The notes: generated by a model from the letters alone, not told the origin. 61,976 nucleotides of DNA, filler included, from Aduncisulcus paluster (GCA_024181965.1; 9 parts of 9 records of this genome joined end to end with filler, not necessarily neighbours in it); one strand, 5' to 3'. Counted from the first letter of the whole stretch, positions 11,169 through 22,035 are shown. Numbers and translations are program-made.

Positions 11169-14100
11169 CTAATACCCACCACCTAACCTTGAAGATAATT
11201 CCGAAAGTTCATTAGGAACTGGTTGTCCAGCATCGGTAAGCACTTCAACGAGTTCAAAAGTGAGGTTTGCATCCTTGTCAGTGAAGAAGGTGAGAGATTC
11301 TCCCTTTTTACCGGCTCTTCCAGTTCTTCCGATTCTGTGGATATATGTGGTAATATCACGGGGCATTGAGAAGTTGACAACCCAATCGATGTCAGGGACA
11401 TCAATACCACGAGAAGCAACATCAGTGGCAATGAGGAGACCTCCTGTGCTTCCCTTGAAGTTTCTGAGAGCACTTTCTCTAGTGAACTGGTCCTTATCAC
11501 CATGAATGGCGGAAGAAGGGAATCCTTCTCTCTCAAGATCATCAGCAAGGGTATCACAATCAAGCTTCCTCTCCTCGAAGACAAGATACTTCTTGGCTCC
11601 CTGTTCCCTCAAGAACTTGACAAAGTGAGAGAATTTGTCATCTCTGCGGCAGAAAACAAACTTCTGAAGCACATCCTTACAAGCATGCTGCTTCAATGAA
11701 CCCAAGTTGATCTGTTGATAACCACGGGGAAGGAATTGTCTTGCAAGATCCACAACAACCTTAGGCCATGTAGCAGACCACATCAGAGTCTGTTTCTGCT
11801 CATGGATTCGACGTTGGATCATAACAATATCACGCTTGAATCCCATATCAAGCATTTTATCGGCCTCATCGAGAACAAAATAGGTCACACGACGAAGTTT
11901 AAGAACTCTGTTCTGAACAAAGTCCATGAGACGACCAGGGGTTCCAATAGCAATGTCTACACCACTACGGATGATATCAGCCTGTTCACGACGGTTTCCT
12001 TTTCCACCGTNNNNNNNNNNNNNNNNNNNNCTGCTCATGGATTCGACGTTGGATCATAACAATATCACGCTTGAATCCCATATCAAGCATTTTATCGGCC
12101 TCATCGAGAACAAAATAGGTCACACGACGAAGTTTAAGAACTCTGTTCTGAACAAAGTCCATGAGACGACCAGGGGTTCCAATAGCAATGTCTACACCAC
12201 TACGGATGATATCAGCCTGTTCACGACGGTTTCCTTTTCCACCGTAGGCCACACCAGCAACGTAAGGACCTCCGGCGAGGAATTTGTTTGTTTCTTCGAA
12301 AATTTGGATGGCAAGCTCACGAGTAGGGGCCAAGATAAGAACGGAAGGTCCATCCCTGTCACCACGTGGAGGTTGGGCCTGAAGATGAACGATAGCAGGA
12401 GCAATGAAAGCAAGAGTCTTCCCACTACCAGTGTCAGCAATACCGACGACATCTTCACACATCAAAACAGTGGGGATGGCTTGACTCTGAATAGGACGAG
12501 GAGCAGTGAACCCATGATCTTTGATCCTATCGAGCAAGAAAGGAGGAAGATTCATCTCGTCAAAAGTTAAACATGGCTTAGGAACACCGGGAGTACAGGT
12601 AATGCGATGAGATTGACGCCACTCATCGACTTCAGCATCTGAACGTCTTGCAACAACAGGATGTTCGACATAGAATCCCTTCTTGAATGTAGGAACATCC
12701 TCTGTGTGCCAATCGACTTGTTCCAATTCAATATTGTTTTCGCCATCAGCAAAACGACGTTTACCATCAGCATCGGGAGATCCCTGGTCAAATGAACCAC
12801 CAGAGCTCCCACCCCATTCAGGAGCAGGAGCCGAAGATCCAGCTCCGCCCCAACCAGAGTCCGAACTTGATTGAGCAGGAGCTGAAGAACCCCAACCAGA
12901 ACTTGAAGAACTTGATTGGGCTGGAGCCGAACTACCCCAACCAGAACTTGAAGAACTTGATTGGGCTGGAGCCGAACTACCCCAACCGGAACCAGAGGAA
13001 CTTGATTGAGCAGGAGCTGAAGAACCCCAACCAGAGCTTGAGGAACTTGATTGGGCTGGAGCCGAACTACCCCAACCAGAACTTGAAGAACTTGATTGGG
13101 CTGGAGCCGAACTACCCCAACCAGAACTTGAGGAACTTGATTGAGCAGGAGCCGAACTACCCCAACCAGAACTTGAAGAACTAGGTTGAGCTGGAGCCGA
13201 ACTACCCCAACCGGAGCTTGAACTTGATTGAGCAGGAGCTGAAGAACCCCATCCGGAACTAGAATCTTGTTTGACTTCAGAAGAACCCCAACCACCACTA
13301 ACAGTGGTAGGACTAGATGCAGCAGNNNNNNNNNNNNNNNNNNNNGTGCCAATCGACTTGTTCCAATTCAATATTGTTTTCGCCATCAGCAAAACGACGT
13401 TTACCATCAGCATCGGGAGATCCCTGGTCAAATGAACCACCAGAGCTCCCACCCCATTCAGGAGCAGGAGCCGAAGATCCAGCTCCGCCCCAACCAGAGT
13501 CCGAACTTGATTGAGCAGGAGCTGAAGAACCCCAACCAGAACTTGAAGAACTTGATTGGGCTGGAGCCGAACTACCCCAACCAGAACTTGAAGAACTTGA
13601 TTGGGCTGGAGCCGAACTACCCCAACCGGAACCAGAGGAACTTGATTGAGCAGGAGCCGAACTACCCCAACCAGAACTTGAAGAACTAGATTGAGCTGGA
13701 GCCGAACTACCCCAACCAGAACTTGAAGAACTTGATTGGGCTGGAGCCGAACTACCCCAACCGGAACCAGAGGAACTTGATTGAGCAGGAGCTGAAGAAC
13801 CCCAACCAGAGCTTGAGGAACTTGATTGGGCTGGAGCCGAACTACCCCAACCAGAACTTGAAGAACTTGATTGGGCTGGAGCCGAACTACCCCAACCAGA
13901 ACTTGAAGAACTTGATTGGGCTGGAGCCGAACTACCCCAACCGGAACCAGAGGAACTTGATTGAGCAGGAGCCGAACTACCCCAACCAGAACTTGAAGAA
14001 CTAGGTTGAGCTGGAGCCGAACTACCCCAACCGGAGCTTGAACTTGATTGAGCAGGAGCTGAAGAACCCCATCCGGAACTAGAATCTTGTTTGACTTCAG

Positions 14101-14255
14101 AAGAACCCCAACCACCACTAACAGTGGTAGGACTAGATGCAGCAGGCATTTGATCCCAACTATATGAAAAAATAATTATAATTATAAAAAGGGGATATTA
14201 TAAAGAGAAAAAATAAAAAAATAATTATAAAAAACATTCCTACATACCTAGACAT
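11169..14255 (-). CDS. DBP2: DEAD-box RNA helicase, DBP2/DDX5(p68) type, with N-terminal GWG repeat array (locus broken by two gap duplications)
   Basis: Exon 1 14255-14248 (ATGTCTAG), intron 14247-14160, then MSSWDQMPAASS.... Motifs: DBP2-like FKKGFYVEHPVVARRSDAEVDEWR, Q-motif GFTAPRPIQ, ADTGSGKT, PTRELA, TPGRL, DEAD, SAT, HRIGRTGRAG. Stop at 11169. Confidence 0.9.
12849..13293 (-). repeat. Coding 45-bp tandem repeat (GWGSSAPAQSSSSSS), copy with 11 GWG motifs
   Basis: Repeats of ...ccccaaccagaacttgaagaacttgattgggctggagccgaacta... read directly; motifs counted in the translation. Confidence 0.95.
13489..14113 (-). repeat. Coding 45-bp tandem repeat, second assembled copy with 15 GWG motifs
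   Basis: Same unit. Segment 13346-14145 duplicates 12706-13325 but is 180 bp (4 units) longer. Confidence 0.95.
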
Positions 14256-14475
14256 AGCTCCAAATTCAAGTTTTGGATATTCAGTCAATTCCGGATAATA
14301 AAAATCCATAAATAGAATAGAAATATATCTTCATAGGATAGACATTAAAATATTTGGTTTAGTTTTCAATAACAAATTGTATATCTGGAAATCCACATTT
14401 GAACATCATTATCTCAATCAATCCAAAAAAATATTTTGGTCATTACAATATTTATCAGATATTTTATAAATTTTA

Positions 14476-15849
14476 ATGAGCCAATCAATATCTACACCGA
14501 AGAAACTTGTTCGGGGAGTTCATCTTCACTACAATGAGGAAAAGGGTGAATATCATGGAGTTCCAAAAGCATGGTTAAAACTTGGAATTATTCCTGGTGC
14601 AAAAGAAGCGGATTATGGTTCAATTCCTCCAAGTTTAATTCCTAAGGAAGTTCAACCTGATTTCGCCAAAAAGCTATTAAAATCAACTCCTGGAATATCA
14701 TCCAGACCAAAAAATATTAGACATAAAGTTCATGTAGATTTTCATAGTGATACAGGCTTTGTTGGATTACCCCCAGAATTAGAAGCTGCCATGAAGCATA
14801 ATGGAATAACAAAAGAGGAGGTTATGAAACAACCTGACGTAGTGTTGGATGTGTTGACAACATATGTTGATACAGAAGGGTTTTCCAAACAAATTAAGAC
14901 CTTACCAAGGGAAATGACAATTCCTGCTTCCTTGGTGCCTCCTGGACTTCCATCAAAGGCCGAATTTAAGAGACAAATTGCTCAAGTTACATCTACATTT
15001 GCTGAAATTCGGTCAGTTGAAGAAATATGGACAGGACTTGAGCCTGTTGGGCATGGTGCTGCTGGTGTTGTTTATCGTGGCAAACGGAAAGCCGACGGAG
15101 AGATAATCGCTATCAAATCTGTCAAACTAGGCGGAGAAACACCTTTTGATGCCTTAGTTCAAGAAATTACCCTCCAACAAGCTTGTAAACATGAGAATAT
15201 CGTTAAAATTTATCAAAGTTATTTTGAACAAAGAGGACGCTCTCAGCGTCTTCATATTGAGATGGAATTGATGCCAAAAGGAAGTATTTACTCATTTTTG
15301 ACGAAATATGGAACTCCGGGATTTACTGATGAAGCAGTCATTGCTGGGATCTTGAAGAGTGTTTTAAAAGCTTTAATCTATCTTCACTCTCTCCATAGAG
15401 TTCACAGAGATGTTAAGAGTGATAATGTACTTGTTGGTACTGATGGGACTTGTAAATTGGCTGATTTTGGATTTTGTGCTCAGCTTTTGCGTGAAGAAAG
15501 CGCCAGACAAAGTGTTTTGGGAACTCCTTCATGGATGGCTCCAGAATTGATTCGTGGAGTCAGATATGACCATAAAGTTGATGTTTGGAGTACTGGGATT
15601 CTTGCACTCGAACTTGCTGATGGTGAGCCTCCATACCTGTCTTTACCACCTCTTCGGGCTGTTTATCTCATTGTCACTGGTCCAACTCCAAAATTAAAGG
15701 AATCTGCCAAGTGGTCCAAGGAATTTAAAGATTTTTTGAAACTGTGCTTCCAAAAGGATCCTGCCAAACGTCCTGAAGCTCTGGATTTGCTGCGTCATCC
15801 ATTTATCATGAAAGCCAAGTCAACAACTTGCTTGAAAGAATTCAAATAG
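14476..15849 (+). CDS. PAK/STE20 Ser/Thr kinase with two CRIB/PBD-like modules
   Basis: GHGAAGVV, AIK, HRDVKSDNVL, DFGFCAQL, GTPSWMAPEL, GEPPY. CRIB-like ISTPKKLVRGVHLHY...GVPKAW and ISSRPKNIRHKVHVDF...FVGLPPE. Confidence 0.92.
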   Translation: MSQSISTPKKLVRGVHLHYNEEKGEYHGVPKAWLKLGIIPGAKEADYGSIPPSLIPKEVQPDFAKKLLKSTPGISSRPKNIRHKVHVDFHSDTGFVGLPPELEAAMKHNGITKEEVMKQPDVVLDVLTTYVDTEGFSKQIKTLPREMTIPASLVPPGLPSKAEFKRQIAQVTSTFAEIRSVEEIWTGLEPVGHGAAGVVYRGKRKADGEIIAIKSVKLGGETPFDALVQEITLQQACKHENIVKIYQSYFEQRGRSQRLHIEMELMPKGSIYSFLTKYGTPGFTDEAVIAGILKSVLKALIYLHSLHRVHRDVKSDNVLVGTDGTCKLADFGFCAQLLREESARQSVLGTPSWMAPELIRGVRYDHKVDVWSTGILALELADGEPPYLSLPPLRAVYLIVTGPTPKLKESAKWSKEFKDFLKLCFQKDPAKRPEALDLLRHPFIMKAKSTTCLKEFK

Positions 15850-16253
15850 GCTCGTACCAATCTCACATTCCTCTGTCAAAAATACCCTCAAAATATGTCG
15901 AAAGTCAAAATCATTCAAGTGACAACTTTCTATCTCCTTCTTATTTATTTCCCATAACTGGTACTTCTGATTCTTTCTCGTTTCAAGCATGTTGTTCGTC
16001 TTATTCATCATAAATTTCCTTGTTTTTGTGTTTGTTATTTTAGAGCTCCGAAATTGGGAGTTTAGATACATCTTACCTTTCTTTGATAAAAAAAATTTAT
16101 TTTTAATAAAAATAAATGACTCGTGTTAAGTTTTCGAGAAATTTTCATTCGAAAGTTCAACTTTCTGAAAGTTTAAAATACTTTTCAAACTCAAATTCAA
16201 TTTGCTAATGGTCAACTTGGCCAGAATAAGCAAGTTTCGTTGAATATTTAAAT

Positions 16254-16842
16254 TTACTTCCAGGCAGGGAAACCGTAAGGCATGTCAGGTTCATCCTCAA
16301 CAATCCTCAAGATTTCGTTGTACTTGGCAACACGCTCAGATCTGCAAGGAGCACCAGTCTTGATCTGACCAACACCAAGACCAACAACGAGGTGAGCAAT
16401 GAAGACATCTTCGGTCTCACCGGATCTGTGAGAAGCCATAACAGCCCACTTGTCAGAGAGAGCAGTCTTAACAGCATCGAAGGAGTCAGTGATGGAACCA
16501 CACTGGTTGATCTTGAGCAAAAGAGCGGTGGCACCCTTCTCCTTGATGATCCACTCAATACGCTCCTTCTGGGTAACGGAAAGATCGTCAGCAACAATTT
16601 GAACGTGCTTGGGCATCTTGGCGACACAGTGAGCCCAGTTCTTGATATCCATCTGATCGAATGGGTCCTCAATAGAAACAATGGGGTAACGCTCAGTCCA
16701 GTCAAGGTAAAGAGCAGTCAATTCCTCACCAGTAACAATGTTAGGCTTGTCGGCCCACTTTCCGAGATCGTACTTTCCATCAACGTAGAATTCAGAAGCA
16801 GCAACATCCATACAGATCTTGATCTTTCCAGTGTATCCAGCC
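16254..16842 (-). CDS. ENO: Enolase, C-terminal part (5' truncated by contig end)
   Basis: [57 protein letters not shown]. Confidence 0.97.
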
Positions 16843-16942
16843 NNNNNNNNNNNNNNNNNNNNNNNNNNNNNNNNNNNNNNNNNNNNTTAATTAATTAANN
16901 NNNNNNNNNNNNNNNNNNNNNNNNNNNNNNNNNNNNNNNNNN
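16843..16942. other. Artificial contig linker (N44-TTAATTAATTAA-N44)
   Basis: Stop-in-all-frames spacer. Identical 100-bp linkers at 20963-21062, 24804-24903, 37942-38041, 43205-43304, 46650-46749, 51639-51738 and 56848-56947. Confidence 0.98.
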
Positions 16943-17038
16943 ATGATGCTCTGAGTGCTGGACAGTTTTCTAAAAAAATAGAAAAAAAAATGGACTCCAG
17001 ATCTTGTGCTTTTTGATCACACTCAACAACAGAAATAT

Positions 17039-17587
17039 ATGTATTATTTTATTGAGGAAGAGATACCCATATCTATCGCCCCCATTGAAAAATCCAGCGA
17101 CTCTTCCGCCCAATTCATTTATATCGACGTTACTGTCAAATCGAAGAGAGTGAAGCCAAGGTATATATGTATCAAGAACAAATACACACATAAAGTCTCA
17201 ATAGATTTTCAAGAATACGACGATGGACCATGGAAACCGTGTTTACGAGACTTTGTGCTCATGCCAAACCCTCACGTTGAATTCCATGCGAACGATTTCG
17301 TATTTATTTCACACGAGCATTTTTTACCATCATATGTCAACGCATATTCCATTTCAAAACTCAGAATATTCCTTTTCCAGCCATCTCCACTTTGGCAAGA
17401 TGTTGGTCTTGCCCAAATCGTTTGTTATGGAGAAAGAGAGTTTAAACGGATCGAAAAATATATTAAACAATCGAAAATTGAAAAGATTTCCACTTCAACG
17501 GCTCAGAAGATGGCTCAATTGATGCATTCAATCGCTGAGTCCAAAATGTATATTCAAAGAGTTAAAAACCGTCGAGGAATAGAGTAA
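17039..17587 (+). CDS. NICN1: Nicolin-1-like (tubulin polyglutamylase complex subunit)
   Basis: IDVT, IKNKYT, WKPCLRDFVLMPNPHVE and LRIFLFQPSPLW match the NICN1 blocks (W..CLRDYCLMPDPH.E; LRLILRQPSPLW). First ATG at 17039. Confidence 0.82.
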   Translation: MYYFIEEEIPISIAPIEKSSDSSAQFIYIDVTVKSKRVKPRYICIKNKYTHKVSIDFQEYDDGPWKPCLRDFVLMPNPHVEFHANDFVFISHEHFLPSYVNAYSISKLRIFLFQPSPLWQDVGLAQIVCYGEREFKRIEKYIKQSKIEKISTSTAQKMAQLMHSIAESKMYIQRVKNRRGIE

Positions 17588-17826
17588 CTTCTCGTTTCAT
17601 TTGATAATTTGAATTTAAATAATTAAATGTTATCTATCTGTCATCTATTTTTTTGCCTTTTTTTAATGCATTGAAGATTTGGTGAATATATCTATGACAT
17701 CCATGGTTTGTCATGGTTTATTCGTTGATGAAGACTATTTCTTGAAAATTCTGAAGTGAAGAAATGAGGAATGTGTGCATAGTATGCATACATATAGTTT
17801 ATTAATGATTAATGATTAATCGATAA

Positions 17827-18163
17827 AATTCCTGAAGATGGAGCAGCCTGAAAAATTGGAAAGATGTAAGATAATAGAAATGCACACGCTGGTCATAGCA
17901 TCGACAGTGTAGATTCTTCAGGAAAAGTGGAAACTCAGTTTCACTGTTTCACATGTGACATGTGGTTTGTGTATATACATAGGATATAAACAATAAAACA
18001 AAAACAATAACAATAACAACGAATAAAGAAATACGAACAACTATAGATTCTATTTGATCTAATATCTAATATAAACAATATACAATAATAATAACGAATA
18101 AAATAAAACAAAATAACAACATTAGCATCAGCATTATGTCATATTTGGACTCAGTTGAGTTCC
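17827..18163 (+). repeat. Dispersed non-coding repeat, copy A
   Basis: Shares aattcctga-agatggagcag, aaaattggaaagat..agataatagaaatgc.cacgctgg, aagtggaaact and aaaacaaaataacaacat...catatttggactcagt.gagttc with 19575-20048. Confidence 0.75.
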
Positions 18164-18325
18164 TTTGTACAAACTTTGTATCACAATGAATAGAGGTTGA
18201 TTTTCTACATATATATACTTATACATCACGAACGAGAGATGGTGGATACAACATAATCATTGTTAGAGATAAATAAAAGATTAGAGGAGACACTCTAATC
18301 ATATTGCCATGATATCAGGATATTA

Positions 18326-19297
18326 TCAGACCACTCGTTGTTTCATCACCCAATAAGCAGTTCCAATGACACCTAGTAAAACGATAATTAAGATGATATC
18401 AACAGCTACTTGGCTCCCACTGCGCAACTTCTTCACGACCCTTTTCAGTCTTTTTGTCTCATTATCCAACTTATCTGCCACAACTTCCATCCCTTGGCCT
18501 ATTTCTTCAACCATGACGGCTTGCCAATCCATTTCTTCATGGATCCTACGTGCCTGTTTCTTTATATTTAGTAAAATATCATGCATCTCATCCAATTTAC
18601 AATCTATGTCTTTTTCTTGCTCCCTAATAATTGCCATGCGAATCTCGGGATCGTCATCAATATCCTTCTCCAGATCTTTATCAGGAATAGAGATATCAAC
18701 CTCGGGTATCGGGTCAATAATCTGCCCTGGAGAGAACAAACTGGGTTTGGTTTGAAGTTCACGTCGGGTGGGTGTCATTTTTTCTGTTTTTGGCTGTGAG
18801 AAAATCAACTGTTGTCTTCCACCAAATCGTCTAAAATTCCTTGTATCGGAAAGAGTATAAAAATCATCTTGAATCTGAGCATAATTTTTATCCATAAAAT
18901 CACAACTTCTCTTTCTTTCTGTATTAATATCTTCAGCATCCCGAGGATCGAGTCCATCCTCATCAACACGTTTTTGAAGCTCAATTTTACCACGTTCATA
19001 CAACTCTCGAAGCTCTGCACGTTCACGATCGAAGAGTTGAAGCTCTCTCCTCAACATTTGAAGCGATGATATTCTTTTAAATTTCTGTTCAGGATCTTTG
19101 ATTATAGACTCAACTTCTCTTATTGTTTTCTTCAGATTTAGCATAATTTTATGAACAAGGGTTTTTTTCAATAAAAATATATCAACAGGTTCTCGGGGGT
19201 TTGCACTGCAAACTGCGGCAGTTTCGGAAGGGAGTGCTTTAAAAAAATGACTTCCAACACTTTCCAAAAAGGCTATGATTTCGTCTAATGTATCCAT
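18326..19297 (-). CDS. Qc-SNARE, SYP7-like syntaxin
   Basis: C-terminal SNARE motif (DCKLDEMHDILLNIKKQARRIHEEMDWQ...KLDNETKRLK) followed by LRSGSQVAVDIILIIVLLGVIG TM, resembling the plant/protist SYP7 tail. Confidence 0.85.
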   Translation of the reverse strand: MDTLDEIIAFLESVGSHFFKALPSETAAVCSANPREPVDIFLLKKTLVHKIMLNLKKTIREVESIIKDPEQKFKRISSLQMLRRELQLFDRERAELRELYERGKIELQKRVDEDGLDPRDAEDINTERKRSCDFMDKNYAQIQDDFYTLSDTRNFRRFGGRQQLIFSQPKTEKMTPTRRELQTKPSLFSPGQIIDPIPEVDISIPDKDLEKDIDDDPEIRMAIIREQEKDIDCKLDEMHDILLNIKKQARRIHEEMDWQAVMVEEIGQGMEVVADKLDNETKRLKRVVKKLRSGSQVAVDIILIIVLLGVIGTAYWVMKQRVV

Positions 19298-19574
19298 TTC
19301 AAGAAGTAGAAATTATCAAAATAAAATACAAATGGTGAATTCTGGTCGAGAAAACGAGATATCGTCAGGAAAGAGCATAAAACATCATGTTTCTTCGTTT
19401 AGAATGAATCATTTCGGTTAAAAAAGAATAATGACAATCATATCGTGTTTTTAAAACTATAATAAAAGAAAGAGTTTTCTCCAGATTTTTCAGAAAACTC
19501 GTTTTCTACATCGTATAGTCCTAAATTACGAGTCTTTTCCGAATATATTTATTGATATAAACAAAATAAATAAT

Positions 19575-20048
19575 AATTCCTGACCAGATGGAGCAGATAT
19601 ATTGGAGAACTATCTCCAAGACAACAATCCGATTCAAAAAAAAAAAAAAAACTTTCCAAGATCCCAAATATAGACCCAATAACAATATTGATGCTTTCAT
19701 TTCCTTCTCTCTTTGATATCTTGCCGATTCCTTTTCTTATATACTGGATCATCCGAGCATGTTTAGATTTTAAGTTGACCTGTTATGACCTATTATCTCA
19801 CGGCAAAAGGTGATGAAGGTGACTCGATACAATCCTGCAATCATAAGTGAAAATTGGAAAGATACTAGATAATAGAAATGCCCACGCTGGATGCGGCATC
19901 TACCATCGAGTAGCAGAAGTGGAAACTGTGTGTATAATGAAAACCGTCAAAACAAGATAATACAATATCAAATTATAATTAATAAAGTAAAAACAAAATA
20001 ACAACATCGGCACCAGCATTGCAGCATATTTGGACTCAGTAGAGTTCT
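19575..20048 (+). repeat. Dispersed non-coding repeat, copy B (about 250 bp extra at 19597-19848)
   Basis: Same blocks as 17827-18163, in the same order and orientation. Confidence 0.75.
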
Positions 20049-20415
20049 GTCCCAAACAAGAGAAGGCTTCCATGGTCCAACAACAACTCGAAATATATTC
20101 GGAACGTGGAATATGCACTACACTATAACTGGACGATATAGTTACGACATATGTCTCATCAAAGGTATGTTAGTGGTGGCACAAAATGGAGATCTTTGTT
20201 CATTTTGGACAAACACGATGCTATTATGCATATGGCAGGCATTATTATATCGTACAATGGCATACATTAGCATCCAATCCATTTAAAATGAGCCATGTCG
20301 AAAGTCAACACACATGATAGCTTTCCGACTCCGATGTCAGCTTTTGGTTGCATAAAGTATAAGACTTCTGGCAACTTCGGGATATATTTCTGCATTTGTT
20401 TAATCTATTGTGTCC

Positions 20416-20962
20416 ATGAAGCAACATAAGTCGAGCCAGCAAGAAGATAGCACAAAAGAGTCCATTTCTTCCACGATCCCTCTCAGAGATCTGCAACAAA
20501 GGCATGATTCCAGGATAATAAGTTGTGAATCCGACATCCATCCCTTATGTCGAATTGGTGAAGGTGGATTTGTAAGAGTTATCCTTGTGAGGATCGAAGG
20601 GATTGATTCGCCATGTGTTCTGAAGATCCTGCCTCGAGTTTGTGATGACGAAGTTCTCAAAGCATGTGGTGAAGGGTTTGATACTCAGATGGAGCTGTTC
20701 ACCACTCCCCAATGTTTCAACCGTATCCCTCGTCCTATCTGCATCCTTGATCTTCTCGATGAGCACCACGAAGGGGCGTATGGGTTTTGCACGGAGTTTT
20801 GTATTGGAGGAAATGTGAGAGAGTTTTCCAAGAGTTGGTGTGATGTCGTTGGAGGGAAGTCTTATGGTTATGAGAGTGATGAAGATAAGCTTGACACTGT
20901 CCTTGAACCCATGACCCTTGATCCTCTGAGAGTGAGTGCATTGTGTGTTGGAATGATCGAGT
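20416..20962 (+). CDS. Lineage-expanded protein kinase-like gene, N-lobe fragment (3' truncated)
   Basis: PLCRIGEGGFVRVILVRIEG...PCVLK, EMELF-like helix C, RIPRPICILDL, YGFCTEFCIGG. Gly-loop degenerate; may be a pseudogene. Confidence 0.7.
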
Positions 20963-21062
20963 NNNNNNNNNNNNNNNNNNNNNNNNNNNNNNNNNNNNNN
21001 NNNNNNTTAATTAATTAANNNNNNNNNNNNNNNNNNNNNNNNNNNNNNNNNNNNNNNNNNNN

Positions 21063-22035
21063 TGGCTGGGAAGAGAAAGATGGCTTTGTGTCCGAACACC
21101 ACGAACCCACTGTTCCTTATGGAGACGATGTCTTTCTCCAAGATGACTTGTGTCACCCTGCCGAAGACTGGGATCTCTTGGAGGAAGAACTCTTAGAGAG
21201 AAAGCAAGGAAGAAGTGAAGAGGAAGAAGAGGAAGAGGAAGAAGAAGAGGAAGAGGAAGAAGAGGAAGAGGAAGAGGAGGAAGAGGGGGAAGCATCCTCA
21301 CACGTTAAGAGAGAGAAGTCAAAGACCTCACTGTCTGAAGCTCTTGCAATAATTGGGGAGAGTCCGTCTCAGGACACAATTGATACCGATGCCTCCACCA
21401 AGTTAGCTTCTGATCATCATGAAGAGGAGGATGATGCTTTCCTAAGTATTGGATTAGGTGATGAATCAACCCCTTTGACACATTTACTGGCTCTGATGAA
21501 ACCTTTGGATGTGTACAGCGTTGGATCCATTGCTCATTTGCTGTTATGCGGGTTTCCACCGGTGATTGTTCCAGAAGAATCTACAAAAATAGAATCTGAG
21601 AAACACCTTGAGAAGAAACCTTCTCCGTTTCCTGTATCCCCTGAAAGTGAGAGAGAACTGGAGAGAGGGAGAGAGAAAGAGAGAGAAGAAGCTTTGACAG
21701 TTGCTTCAATTCCTCGTCCGAAAGTTCCATCCTTGTCCACACAAACTTCTTCTTCTTCTTCTCATCCATCTGTGGGTGTATCTGGAGATTCAAACAAGAA
21801 GTTATTCCAACATTTCCATGTCGACTATGAGAATCCACGCCAAATATGGAATCACATATCCGATAAATGCAAAGATTTCTTGTCCAAAGCTCTGTGTCTT
21901 AATATTAAGGAACGGTCATCTATTCTTGACCTTATACAGCATGATTGGATACGAAACACATCACTGAACCCTGATAAACCTTTGTATCAATCCATGATAA
22001 ATCTTAGAGAATGGAGAAAATCATATCACGAGTGA
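21063..22035 (+). CDS. CAMK-like kinase, C-lobe fragment with large low-complexity inserts (5' truncated)
   Basis: KPLDVYSVGSIAHLLLCGFPP and WNHISDKCKDFLSKALCLNIKERSSILDLIQHDW; long poly-Glu tract. Confidence 0.75.

Noticed and set aside
11796-12245. Apparent internal duplication of helicase motifs / second DEAD-box gene
   Set aside because: Exact 215-bp overlap around a 20-N gap; there is one gene.
12849-14113. CRISPR-like array, or alternative-frame repeat proteins (NYPNQNLKNLIGLEP; VLVGVVRLQPNQ)
   Set aside because: Units are contiguous with no unique spacers and are in frame with the helicase. The other frames are open only because the unit lacks stop codons.
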